Shown: piece by piece, positions 55,747 to 64,000 of the stretch | Position numbering within the stretch: position 1 is the stretch's first letter | Layout of the letters: each line of letters opens with the position of its first letter | Assembly (NCBI GenBank): GCA_050692915.1 | Contig: JBOGVU010000004.1 | Span: 1,968-65,967 of the forward strand | Origin: Actinomycetota bacterium | Lineage (GTDB): Bacteria; Actinomycetota; UBA4738; CALAEC01 | Length of the DNA stretch: 64,000 bases | Reading direction: 5' to 3' | Made by a program: the position numbers and the translations under genes | The notes under the pieces: generated by a model | The model's database searches: none | Told to the model about the DNA's origin: nothing | Seen by the model: the letters and a program-made list of their open reading frames with translations, nothing else

Positions 55747-57247
55747 TCGCCGGCTCAGGGCCGCGCTCCTGGCGGTCCTCGCTCTGCTCGCGGCGTGTCC
55801 GGCCGACGAGCTCGAGCCACCCCCCGATCGTCGCTCCCCGGCGGGGACCGTCCGGGTGGGCTACCCGGAAGAGCCCCCGACCCTGAACCCGGCCACAGAC
55901 CCCTCCCCGGCGTCCCGGGACCTCCTGCGCCCGTTGCTGCCCTCGTTCTTCCGGATCACCCCGGATCTCCGGTACGAGCCGTCCCTGCTCGCCGCGGAGC
56001 CCGAGGTGGCGCCGGCGGGGGACCGGACCGAGATCAGGTTCCGGATCCGCGAGGACGCCGCGTGGAGCGGCGGGACCCCGGTGACCGTCCAGGACGTGGC
56101 GTTCACCTGGCGGGTGATGACGGACCCCGGCGTGGACGCGTGGAACCCCACCGGGTTCGACCGGCTGGTGGACGTGGTGTCGGACGACCCCAAGGCCGGC
56201 CGGCTGGTGCTCGACGGCCGATGGCCGGGGTGGCGGGATCTGTTCGCCGCCGGTCGGTTCGTGCTCCCCGCGCACGTCGGTGAGCCGGGATCGGTGGCCG
56301 GGTGGGACGAGGGGCCGCCGGTGACGGCCGGGCCCTACCGGCTCGACGGCTGGACCCGGGGACACTCGATCGTCATGGTCGCCGACCCCACCCACTGGGG
56401 TCCCCGGTCCGCCGTTGAACGGCTCGAGGTGCAGTTCGTGCCGGATCCCACCACGGCCCTCCAGCTCCTGGAGCGCGGGGAGCTGGACGTGGTGGCCCCG
56501 ATGGCCGGAGTGTCGTGGGGCCGGCGCCTGGCAGAGATCGCCGGCGGCGGGACCTCCAGCGCCACCGGCCCGGACGTGGTGTCCCTGGCGATGAACGCCG
56601 AGTCGGTGAGCGACGCGGACCTACGGCGACGCATCGCCCACGCCATCGACCGGAGCCGTTTCCTCGAGGTGGCCCTGCGCGATGACGCCGAGCCGGCCCA
56701 CGGGCTCCTGGTCCCCGAGCAGGAAGGGGCCGAGCCCGCCTGGGCCCGGTACGGCAACGAGCCCGCCCCCGGCGCCGCTGCGCCCGAGGAGCTAGAGATC
56801 GTGTACCCGAGGGGGGAGCTGCCGGACCTGGTGACGCGGTACGTCCAGGCTGAGCTGGAGCGGGCGGCCATCGACGTGGACCTGGTGCCCCTGGAGGCGG
56901 ACGTGCTCCAGGGGACCTTCTTGCCCTCCCGCCGCTTCGACCTGGCCCTGGTGGAGGTGCGCACCGGCCCCTCGCCCGAGCTGTGGCGATGGGTGGAGGT
57001 GCCGGGGGCGGGGACGTCCCTGACCGGCCTCGCCGACGAGGTGCTCGCGGAGATGGTCCGACGGGCCACGGAGGGATCGGCCCCGGCCCTCCGCGAGGCC
57101 CAGGCGCGGCTGGCCGAACTGGCGGTCGCCGTTCCCCTGTACCGGCCCCGGCTCACCGTCGGGTGGCGGGCCGGCATCGCCGGTCCCGCGGCCAACCCCA
57201 CCGTGGAGGGCCCACTGTGGAACGTGGAGGCCTGGTCCGCGGCCTGA
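55718..57247 (+). CDS. orphan SBP family 5-like lipoprotein
   Basis: Signal peptide with lipobox LLAAC. SBP_bac_5-like sequence. Confidence 0.65.
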   Translation: MPPRSGSARSRRLRAALLAVLALLAACPADELEPPPDRRSPAGTVRVGYPEEPPTLNPATDPSPASRDLLRPLLPSFFRITPDLRYEPSLLAAEPEVAPAGDRTEIRFRIREDAAWSGGTPVTVQDVAFTWRVMTDPGVDAWNPTGFDRLVDVVSDDPKAGRLVLDGRWPGWRDLFAAGRFVLPAHVGEPGSVAGWDEGPPVTAGPYRLDGWTRGHSIVMVADPTHWGPRSAVERLEVQFVPDPTTALQLLERGELDVVAPMAGVSWGRRLAEIAGGGTSSATGPDVVSLAMNAESVSDADLRRRIAHAIDRSRFLEVALRDDAEPAHGLLVPEQEGAEPAWARYGNEPAPGAAAPEELEIVYPRGELPDLVTRYVQAELERAAIDVDLVPLEADVLQGTFLPSRRFDLALVEVRTGPSPELWRWVEVPGAGTSLTGLADEVLAEMVRRATEGSAPALREAQARLAELAVAVPLYRPRLTVGWRAGIAGPAANPTVEGPLWNVEAWSAA

Positions 57248-57284
57248 ACCCGGCCAGGGGACGGGACCGTATACTTGGTCCCGC

Positions 57285-57371
57285 GTCGGAGTGGCGGAAT
57301 CTGGTAGACGCGCTAGGTTGAGGGCCTAGTCCGGCTCGCGCCGGGTGAGGGTTCAAATCCCTCCTCCGACA
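57285..57371 (+). tRNA. tRNA-Leu (anticodon GAG), class II
   Basis: Acceptor stem GTCGGAG/CTCCGAC. D-arm resembles E. coli tRNA-Leu (UGGCGGAAUCUGGUAGACGC). Anticodon loop UUGAGGG. Long variable arm. T-arm GAGGG-TTCAAAT-CCCTC. Confidence 0.85.
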
Positions 57372-57374
57372 CCC
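57360..57374 (+). repeat. attL-like core: 15 bp at the tRNA-Leu(GAG) 3' end (CCTCCTCCGACACCC)
   Basis: Exact direct repeat of 63807-63821. Confidence 0.6.
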
Positions 57375-57452
57375 TCTGAGCAGGGAATCTCCCTGTCCTC
57401 AACTCGGCGAAGCTCATACTGCCCACCACCATTTCCTCTCGGCAGGCAGGAC

Positions 57453-58235
57453 TCATACGCAGGGCTCGACGCTGAAATCCTGATGACCCCTCCCGTGCGC
57501 AAACCGCGGCGCCCAGGTCGCGGACACCAGGTCCCACGCGCCGCCCGAGTTCTTCTCGAACTGGAGCAGGTAGCGGATGGCTTGGATGGAGTCGTCGAGC
57601 AGGCCCTCCAGGGTGACGGTCACCTCTGCCCGTTCTCCCCCCTAGAGGGCCGCCTCTTGGAGGACCGCAGTGGCGGAGGCGGCCTGATCCGGGTCGCTCG
57701 GGTCTCCGAGGTCGAGGAATTCCAGGGCGATTCTCGCCGGCGAATCCCCCCACGAAAGAGCCGTGTCGTCCAGATACCGATTGAACTCGGCTACGGAGAT
57801 TGCGCCGGACTCATCCGGAGGCGCAGGCCCGTCCCAGGTTGGAGAGGAGGATCCGGGTGCGGAGGAAGTCCCGAGGGGCGGGTACTCCTCGAAGCTCTCC
57901 ACGCGCCACGATCCGGAGGGGTCGAGGACGAGCGTTGCCTCGCCGACCCACTCGCTGAACGGAGGCCCAACGCCGTACACGGCACGGCCGTCGGTGCCGG
58001 AGAACCTCGCGGTGCACATGCCCCGGGGGATATCGCCATCGGGGGGAACTTCTTGTGGGCATGTGCCGACGTACCGGGTGCCGAACCGGTCCCGTACGAA
58101 GGCGGCCAGTGCCCGCTCGATCGTGGGCGGCGAGGAGGGAGGAGCTTCGGAGGCATCCCGTCTGAGCAGGAGGACGCCACCGACCACCGCAACGGCGGCC
58201 ACGGTCAGGACTGCAGCCAGGGCCCTCCTCGGCAT
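57453..58235 (-). pseudogene. membrane-anchored hypothetical protein interrupted by an in-frame TAG (57642-57644)
   Basis: ORF 57642..58235 continues in the same frame past the TAG for a further 62 codons of protein-like sequence (GGERAEVTVTLEGLLDDSIQAIRYLLQFEKNSGGAWDLVSATW…) to TGA at 57453. Confidence 0.45.
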
Positions 58236-58375
58236 ATCAGGACTTTAGACGCGCGATTGCCCTTCGAAGTTCCGCGCCGGTTCGAGCAGGCTCCGCGAGC
58301 CCGGGTTGGGGGGAACGACTGCCTCCCTGGACGGGGACGGATTCGGCGGGGCGGGCTGAGATTTGGCGACTCGAG

Positions 58376-59002
58376 GTGAAAGGAGGAGCTGGTCCCGGAC
58401 AGTTAGGGTTCAGAAACAGCAGCAGGGAGGAAACCCTGGACGAGGAACGCCAAATCCGCTTCCGGAAGCTGTACGAGGCTCACGCCGATCGCGTGCTGGT
58501 GTACGCCCTGCGTCGGGTCCCGGCCGGCGAGGCTGCCGACATCGTGTCCGAGACATTCCTCGCAGCGTGGCGCAGGCTGGACATCGTCCCTGAGGATTCC
58601 GCACCGTGGCTGTTCGGAGTGGCCCGGAAGGTGGTGGCCAATCACCGGCGATCACTGAGGCGTGGACAAGCGTTGCGGGCTCGGGTGGAAGGTGACTCCT
58701 CCCGCAGACCGCACCTCGCTCCCGATCCAGCGGATCAGGTGGAGGCCAGGATGGCGATCCGCTCCGCGCTACATCGCCTCTCGGAGTGGGATCGGGAGGC
58801 CCTGACGCTGGTCGCCTGGGACGGGCTGGACGCGGTGGACGCCGCCGCGGCCATGGGCTACACACCTGCCGCCTTCGCCGTTCGGCTGCACCGCGCCCGG
58901 CGTCGGCTGGGGCGTGAGCTCACGAAAGAACGGGCCGGAGCCGGACATGTCCGGGATGATGGGCGTGTGCGCGCCATACCGGCCATCGAGGAGGAGAGAT
59001 GA
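58376..59002 (+). CDS. ECF (sigma-70 family) RNA polymerase sigma factor (start uncertain: GTG 58376 or CTG 58436)
   Basis: Region 2 (LVYALRRVPAGEAADIVSETFLAAWRRL) and region 4 (LTLVAWDGLDAVDAAAAMGYTPAAFAVRLHRARRRL). Confidence 0.8.
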   Translation: MKGGAGPGQLGFRNSSREETLDEERQIRFRKLYEAHADRVLVYALRRVPAGEAADIVSETFLAAWRRLDIVPEDSAPWLFGVARKVVANHRRSLRRGQALRARVEGDSSRRPHLAPDPADQVEARMAIRSALHRLSEWDREALTLVAWDGLDAVDAAAAMGYTPAAFAVRLHRARRRLGRELTKERAGAGHVRDDGRVRAIPAIEEER

Positions 59003-60033
59003 CGCTGGACGTGATGGAGCTGCTACGGCGGAGCGACCCAGTTGATCCTGTTGGGATCGAGGGGTGGGCCAGGGGAGAAGAAGGGAGGCGGGTGTTGCTC
59101 CAGATCGTGGAGACGAGCTCGCCGGTACGCCCTCCGCTTTCTCGCCGACGCAGGCTGGCCGTCATCCCCGCAGGGGCGGGCGCGCTGGCCCTCGCCCTGA
59201 TCGTTGGCTCAATGCTTCTGCCCGCAGGGAGGGGCACCATCTCGGCGGAGGCCGCGGTGGTCCTCCGGTCGGCCGCGAGGGTGGCCGGCGCCCAGCCCCC
59301 GGTTCCATCCGACGGTCGGTACCGATACACCCGGTCCGAGGACGCCTACCTGGGGACCTACGTGGAGCGAGGGGGAAGCTTCTCCGTGTTGCTCCCGCAG
59401 CGCCGCGAGATATGGGTCGCGCCGGACGGCTCCGGGCGGCTGCGGGAGGACGAGAGCGGCGAACCGATTTTCCTCGGGCCCCGGGACCGGTCGACGTGGG
59501 AAGCGTCGGGTCGCCCGGCGCTGGAGGAATCCGGACCCTCGGATCAGACCTTCCAGCCAGGTGGCCTGTACTACGCAGACCTCACGGGATACTCCACCGA
59601 CCCCGACGAGCTGTACGGACAGATCCAGCGCCGGGCGGAGGGGCCCAAGACTTCGGGGGAGCCGGTACCGGAGGGCGCCCCGGCGGCAGTGAAGATGTTC
59701 ACGATCGTCGGAGACCTCCTGCGGGAGACGGCGGCCCCACCGGAGCTACGGGCCGCGCTGTATGAGGTCGCCGCGCGCATCCCCGGCGTGATTCTTGTCG
59801 GCGAGGTGACGGACCCTGTGGGGCGGCCCGGGATGGCCGTGGCCATGGCCTCCGAGGCCGACGGGGTTCGCCGAGAGCTCGTGTTCGACCCCGAGACGTC
59901 GGAGCTGCTCGCCGAGCGGCAGGTACTCCTCCGCCGCGTGAGATGGGTGGACGCCGCCCCCGGGACGGTGATCGGCTGGGCCGCCTACCTCAAATCGGGA
60001 ACGGTGGATTCCACGTCCGCCCGCCCTTCCTGA
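58999..60033 (+). CDS. putative anti-sigma factor / CU044_5270-like membrane protein
   Basis: ATGA overlap with the sigma-factor gene. N-terminus MTLDVMELLRRSDP, single TM segment, extracytoplasmic domain. Confidence 0.55.
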   Translation: MTLDVMELLRRSDPVDPVGIEGWARGEEGRRVLLQIVETSSPVRPPLSRRRRLAVIPAGAGALALALIVGSMLLPAGRGTISAEAAVVLRSAARVAGAQPPVPSDGRYRYTRSEDAYLGTYVERGGSFSVLLPQRREIWVAPDGSGRLREDESGEPIFLGPRDRSTWEASGRPALEESGPSDQTFQPGGLYYADLTGYSTDPDELYGQIQRRAEGPKTSGEPVPEGAPAAVKMFTIVGDLLRETAAPPELRAALYEVAARIPGVILVGEVTDPVGRPGMAVAMASEADGVRRELVFDPETSELLAERQVLLRRVRWVDAAPGTVIGWAAYLKSGTVDSTSARPS

Positions 60034-60065
60034 AGCGCCGACCGCGGGGGCGAACGGAGGAGAAC

Positions 60066-60179
60066 ATGAGCTGGCGGGGAAGCCTCGCCAGGCCGCTATC
60101 CGAGAGCAAGTTCTCCTCGGGTGATGAGCGGTGTGCCTACGGTTGCGGTCGGGCCGTTCCCGGCGCGACCGAGCCTTAG
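60066..60179 (+). CDS. small ORF (37 aa, MSWRGSLARPLSESKFSSGDERCAYGCGRAVPGATEP) with strong RBS
   Basis: GGAGGAGAAC precedes the ATG with ~5 nt spacing. The 3' end is convergent with the oxidase gene. Confidence 0.25.
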   Translation: MSWRGSLARPLSESKFSSGDERCAYGCGRAVPGATEP

Positions 60180-61576
60180 TCCGGCGGGATGTTCTGGTTC
60201 AGCCGGAAAAAGTTCTCGGGGTCGTACTTCCTCTTCAATGCCTTCAGGCGCTGGTACTTCGCAGCCCCGTATGCCTGGCGGACCCGTTCCTGGCCTTCGT
60301 CCATCAGGAAGTTCACGTAGAGGCTCGTGCGGTAGGGCTCCAGGGCCGTCCCGAGCCGGCGCGCCCACTCGCGCTCCTCCTCGAACCCCTCGGCGGTCTG
60401 GCTGTTCCCGTTGATGTTAAAGGTGTGACCCGCGCCACGACCTGCGAAGGCGGTATCGTCCTCGCCGGCGCGGGCGACCGCCCCGCCCATCTGCCAGAGC
60501 CCCACGCTGCTGATCGGGGACTCGATCTGGCGCCCGTACTCCACCATGACGTCGATGATGTCGTCGTTGAGTTCGGCCACGTCGCAGGAACGGAAGTAGT
60601 AGTGCCACCCGGGCTCGAAGCTGGGGTCGTACATCCGCTGGTGCTCGGCGAACGGCCTGGGGACGCACAGATCCAGGGCAGGTGAGCCGAACCCCTTCAG
60701 TGGCCGCAGCACCCTCTCACCTTCCTCTACGGACCCGGCGTAGCAGCTCACCACGGCGACCACCCGCTCCCCGACGAGATCGTGAGGCATGCCTTCGATC
60801 CCCGGCGCCCTGCGCTCGACGATCAGGGTCATCAGGTCGTCGGGGCAGTCGGCGACCCAGTCCCGGTAGAAGCGCAGGACGCTCGGCGCGTCGCCGATCG
60901 GCCAGAAGATCGGCCCGGCCACGACCTGTGGCCCGAGCGGACTCAGCCGGAACTCGAACTCCGTGACGATGCCGAAGTTGCCGCCTCCTCCCCGGACGCC
61001 CCAGAACAGGTCGGTGTTCTCTCGCTCGCTCGCCCGGACCAGCTGGCCCTCGGCCGTGACCAGGTCTACCGAGAGCAGGTTGTCGATAGTGAGGCCGAAC
61101 TTCCGCATGGTGAACCCGATGCCCCCGCCCAGGGTGAGACCGGCCAGGCCCGTGTGCGAGACGAAGCCCGCGGGGACGACGTATCCGAACGCCTGGGTCT
61201 CGCGGTCGAGCTCGCCCAGGAGGAGACCAGGCTGGGCTCGAACCGTTCGGCCCTGGGGGTCGACCCGGACCCCTTTCATCGGGGACAGGTCGATGACCAT
61301 GCCCCCGTCGCACACAGAGTGGCCCGGGAAGCTGTGCCCCCCACCTCGGACGGCTACGAGCAGGCCGTGCTCCCTGGCGAAGCGAACCGACGCGATCACG
61401 TCCGCCGTGCCGGCACAACGCGCGATCAGCGCGGGGAACCGGTCGATCGACCCGTTCCAGACCTTCCTGTGCAGGTCGTAGGTGGCTTCACCGGGACCAA
61501 CCAGCTCTCCGCGGAGCGCGGAGGCCAGCTCTGCGGTCGCCCCATCATCGATATGGATACCCTCGCTCGTAGCCAT
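60176..61576 (-). CDS. FAD-linked oxidase, BBE-like (PCMH-type FAD binding)
   Basis: Start MATSEG at 61576. VRGGGHSF FAD motif. C-terminal BBE motif YDPENFFRLNQNIPP. Confidence 0.8.
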   Translation of the reverse strand: MATSEGIHIDDGATAELASALRGELVGPGEATYDLHRKVWNGSIDRFPALIARCAGTADVIASVRFAREHGLLVAVRGGGHSFPGHSVCDGGMVIDLSPMKGVRVDPQGRTVRAQPGLLLGELDRETQAFGYVVPAGFVSHTGLAGLTLGGGIGFTMRKFGLTIDNLLSVDLVTAEGQLVRASERENTDLFWGVRGGGGNFGIVTEFEFRLSPLGPQVVAGPIFWPIGDAPSVLRFYRDWVADCPDDLMTLIVERRAPGIEGMPHDLVGERVVAVVSCYAGSVEEGERVLRPLKGFGSPALDLCVPRPFAEHQRMYDPSFEPGWHYYFRSCDVAELNDDIIDVMVEYGRQIESPISSVGLWQMGGAVARAGEDDTAFAGRGAGHTFNINGNSQTAEGFEEEREWARRLGTALEPYRTSLYVNFLMDEGQERVRQAYGAAKYQRLKALKRKYDPENFFRLNQNIPPD

Positions 61577-61619
61577 CGCTCCCTCCTCGACGGCAGTATC
61601 CACGTCTAGCCGACTCCTG

Positions 61620-62309
61620 TCAGGAACCTGAGTTCCACCCCTGTTCCAGGGTGAGCCGGGATGGGTCGATGATGACGATCCCGTCGCGCTGTGTCCGCAC
61701 AACGCCTTCCCGACGAAGTTCGCGCAGCACCCGTACGATGACCTCCCGGACCGTCCCCGCGGCCTCCGCCAGTTCTCTCTGGCTGACCCCAGCGACGAGT
61801 TCCTGCCCTGTCTGGTGGCCCGGCCCCCGCTCCGAAGCGAGGTCCAGCAGGTGTCGGGCCACGCGCTGCCGCACGGTGGCAAAGGCACTCCCGGGAATCT
61901 CGTAGATGAAGGCCCACGCCCTTTCGCTGAGCTCGCCCAGGAAGGCTCGGGCGACTCGCACGTCTCGCTCCGCCGCTCGGGAGACGACCATCGGGGACAT
62001 CTTCAACAGCTCCGCGTCCACGAACGCCTGCACCGTCGCCGGCATCACGAACTCCGTCGTGAATAGGGACATGGCTCCGAGCAGAGCCCCGGGTCGGCAG
62101 TACCGAACGGTCATCGTACGTCCATCGGGTGCAGTCACGAACGCCCGCAGGATGCCGGAGATGACCAGTTCGAGATGCCGGGGATCCTCACCCTCCCTAT
62201 GAGTCACCGACCCCGCGGGAATCCTCGTTCCAACGGCATCTCTCAGGAGCTCTCGGAGCACCTCCCGCGGCAGTTCACGCAGGTGGGACTTGGAGACCGC
62301 GGAGCGCAC
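61620..62309 (-). CDS. Crp/Fnr-family transcriptional regulator
   Basis: cNMP-binding domain plus C-terminal HTH (VSQRELAEAAGTVREVIVRVLRELRREG). Lies 43 nt upstream of the oxidase gene on the same strand. Confidence 0.85.
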   Translation of the reverse strand: MRSAVSKSHLRELPREVLRELLRDAVGTRIPAGSVTHREGEDPRHLELVISGILRAFVTAPDGRTMTVRYCRPGALLGAMSLFTTEFVMPATVQAFVDAELLKMSPMVVSRAAERDVRVARAFLGELSERAWAFIYEIPGSAFATVRQRVARHLLDLASERGPGHQTGQELVAGVSQRELAEAAGTVREVIVRVLRELRREGVVRTQRDGIVIIDPSRLTLEQGWNSGS

Positions 62310-62665
62310 ATCCGCGTCAACGGTGGCATCCTACGACTGCCCATGACTGGTCAGAGATGCGACGGAGCGAGACGGACCTGCCACTCGTCGGATCAGGACG
62401 AGATCAGAGAAGCCAGCACAACCAGTCAGGACGTAGTCCCCCACGGCCTAAGCCTCCAGTCGGGGCTCCAGTGGTCGTTTGTGCCGGTCGGTCCTCCTAC
62501 ACAGCAGAGCAAGCAGATGCGGGCCCGATCTTGATAACCTCGAGGGCCGGTAACCGGTCCGGGGTCATCTCTCTCCCACGCTTAAGAGGCTTTTAGAGGG
62601 GGGCCGGGAAGGGTCCCTGTTGCCGGTGACAGGAGCCTTATGGTCGCGTGCGCAGAGCCATGCGC

Positions 62666-63591
62666 TTATGTCAACTCCACCGACGGTTGTCTTGAGTTCT
62701 CGAAATCTCGTGGGTTCGGGCCCTCCAGTTCGGTCCGGAACAGCACGCTGACCCATGAGCGATATGGACGCCACCTCTCCGCAATCTCGGTCAGCTTCTC
62801 GATGGATGGGATCTCGGCGAACCCGTAGGCATCCGCCATGGCACGCTGCAGACGCCGCTCCTTCCGAGGGAAGTAGTCGGGATCGCCCGCGCCTCGAACG
62901 AGAATCAATTCCGCGGAGAAGTCGCCAACTCCCGGAAGACTCTTCAGGCCCCCAAGGGCCTCATCGGGAGGCCGCGACCTGAGCCGGTGAGCGTTAAGCC
63001 GACCATCCAGGGCAGCCCGGGCCACCTCGTGGAGCTGCATGATCTTGCGCCCAAACAGCCCCGGAAATCCGCGCATCGAGAGGAGTCGGTGTGGCCCCGG
63101 GAAGGCGTACAGCCGTTCCCCGTGAACATCGACCTTCTCGCCGCGCTGTTCGGCCATGCGCTGCTTGATCGATGCGGCCTGAGCGATTCGAATCCGATGG
63201 CCAATGATCGTCCACGCCGCGGCTTCGTAGGGCGACCAGAACAGGACCGGGCGCAGCCCCGGATACCCGCTCTGCAGCCGCCCGATCACAGGATCTCGTC
63301 GAGCGACCGCCGCGAATCCCGATCCGTCGACGTCGAGTGAGAGGATCCGTGCCAGCTGCCGGCGCACCGCGGTTCGGTCTGCCTCGCCGAAGATCTCAGC
63401 GATCACCGCCTTGCCGGGCTGGCGCAGACACGCGCCCACGGAGTCCCACCTCCCCTCCACGGGGAAGGCGAGGTGAAGGTGGTCAGCGGTACCTGCGAGC
63501 CTTCGTAGGCGGCGGGTACGAAGCCCTCGAGGAAGCGGCTGCTGGCTTCAAGGGAGAAGGGGCCTCGAGGGATGATTCGGAAGGTCGTCAT
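62666..63591 (-). pseudogene. DNA-3-methyladenine glycosylase II (AlkA-like, HhH-GPD) with a frameshift between N-terminal and catalytic domains
   Basis: The AlkA N-terminal domain (MTTFRIIPRGPFSLEASSRFLEGF) is in ORF 63403..63681, while the HhH-GPD part is in a different frame in ORF 62666..63460. The two overlap across 63403-63460. Confidence 0.6.
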
Positions 63592-63806
63592 CCTGCCAGC
63601 TCCTTCGGTGCCGATGGCCCTGCACGACCGATCGTAAAGACTCGGACGCCTGAGGTCTCCCGGCCAGGTTTCGCCCACCACTGGCTCCGGACTCCTGATC
63701 CGCCGCTCAGTCTGCCAGGATCCGCTCTCCTCGGACCGCCGGGCATGTGCTTATGGCTCGAATCACCCCTCCGACACACCTGTCCACTATCCTGTGAACT
63801 CAGAGA

Positions 63807-63821
63807 CCTCCTCCGACACCC
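63807..63821 (+). repeat. attR-like exact 15-bp copy of the tRNA-Leu(GAG) 3' end; degenerate second copy at 63761-63780
   Basis: CCTCCTCCGACACCC is identical to 57360-57374. Confidence 0.6.
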
Positions 63822-63958
63822 CTTCTGACCGAGAACGAGAACGATCTCTGGGAAGTGGAGACTTTCGTCCGCGACGGAACCTCCTACATCCTGGGGAGCG
63901 ACCGGGACGACGGCTCTGGATCTTCAAGCGCACCGACAGCCAGTCGGCGCTTCTCGGG

Positions 63959-63990
63959 AAGGGGGCCGGCCTCCGGGCCGGCCCCCTTCT
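63959..63990. terminator. strong GC hairpin GGGGGCCGGCC-TCCG-GGCCGGCCCCC flanked by AA/TT
   Basis: Perfect 11-bp inverted repeat followed by TTCT. Could act bidirectionally. Confidence 0.5.
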
Positions 63991-64000
63991 CACGTTTCCC

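Larger units (their letters stand above)
57372..63821. mobile_element. putative tRNA-Leu-associated genomic island (~6.4 kb), apparently integrase-less/degraded
   Basis: Bounded by the tRNA 3' end and an exact 15-bp direct repeat plus a second degenerate copy at 63761-63780. Contains two disrupted genes, an ECF sigma pair and lower-GC intergenic DNA. Confidence 0.4.

Noticed and set aside
58261-58375. ECF-type autoregulatory promoter (GGAAC-N16-CGTT) upstream of the sigma-factor gene.
   Set aside because: A GGAAC is present at 58312-16, but no CGTT/CGTC-like -10 at the proper spacing.
57372-63821. Integrase, excisionase or transposase within the putative island.
   Set aside because: None of the ORFs shows tyrosine/serine recombinase or transposase features. 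The island call therefore rests only on the tRNA, the direct repeat and gene decay.
63852-64000. Open frame …LWEVETFVRDGTSYILGSDRDDG… running off the window end.
   Set aside because: No start codon with RBS. It crosses the strong terminator hairpin and is not recognisable as a gene.

Overview
A 64 kb, roughly 70% GC, actinobacterial-type chromosomal segment whose conserved backbone is interrupted by lineage-specific cassettes at nearly every junction.

The backbone, all on the + strand, follows the classic actinobacterial arrangement: polA, rpsA, coaE, a DUF2203-like gene, uvrB, uvrA, uvrC, rapZ, then gap, pgk, tpiA and secG.

Between uvrB and uvrA sit two tandem paralogous secreted LVIVD-repeat beta-propeller proteins (one carrying a PA-domain insertion), an amidohydrolase, and a nucleotidyltransferase/CDP-alcohol phosphotransferase fusion resembling IPCT/DIPPS.

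Between uvrA and uvrC lies a lipoprotein built from a 7-blade propeller plus a type-1 copper (cupredoxin) domain.

yvcK and whiA, which normally sit between rapZ and gap, are absent and replaced by a small lipoprotein.

An archaeal-type phosphoglycerate mutase (apgM) and a dppC–SBP–dppB–dppD–dppF peptide ABC operon are wedged between tpiA and secG. The DppF ATPase carries an unusual ~70-aa hydrophobic insertion.

The left third of the window encodes a Liv-type branched-chain amino acid ABC system followed by an ornithine cyclodeaminase-family gene, two orphan substrate-binding proteins, a sarcosine-oxidase-like flavoenzyme, a polar amino acid ABC system and a small cupredoxin lipoprotein. On the minus strand there is an IdeR–EfeU–PaaI thioesterase–YqgA cluster.

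There are two tRNA-Leu genes. tRNA-Leu(CAA) at 993–1076 is flanked by a frameshifted HTH/double-LAGLIDADG gene and a truncated substrate-binding-protein remnant. tRNA-Leu(GAG) at 57285–57371 has its 3'-terminal 15 bp exactly repeated 6.4 kb downstream. Together these delimit a putative integrase-less genomic island carrying an amber-interrupted gene, an ECF sigma/anti-sigma pair, a Crp–BBE-like oxidase operon and a frameshifted AlkA-like glycosylase.

Several strong GC hairpins (putative terminators/attenuators) and TACAAT -10 elements immediately upstream of polA, uvrA and uvrC are visible. No CRISPR array, rRNA, transposase or integrase was found.
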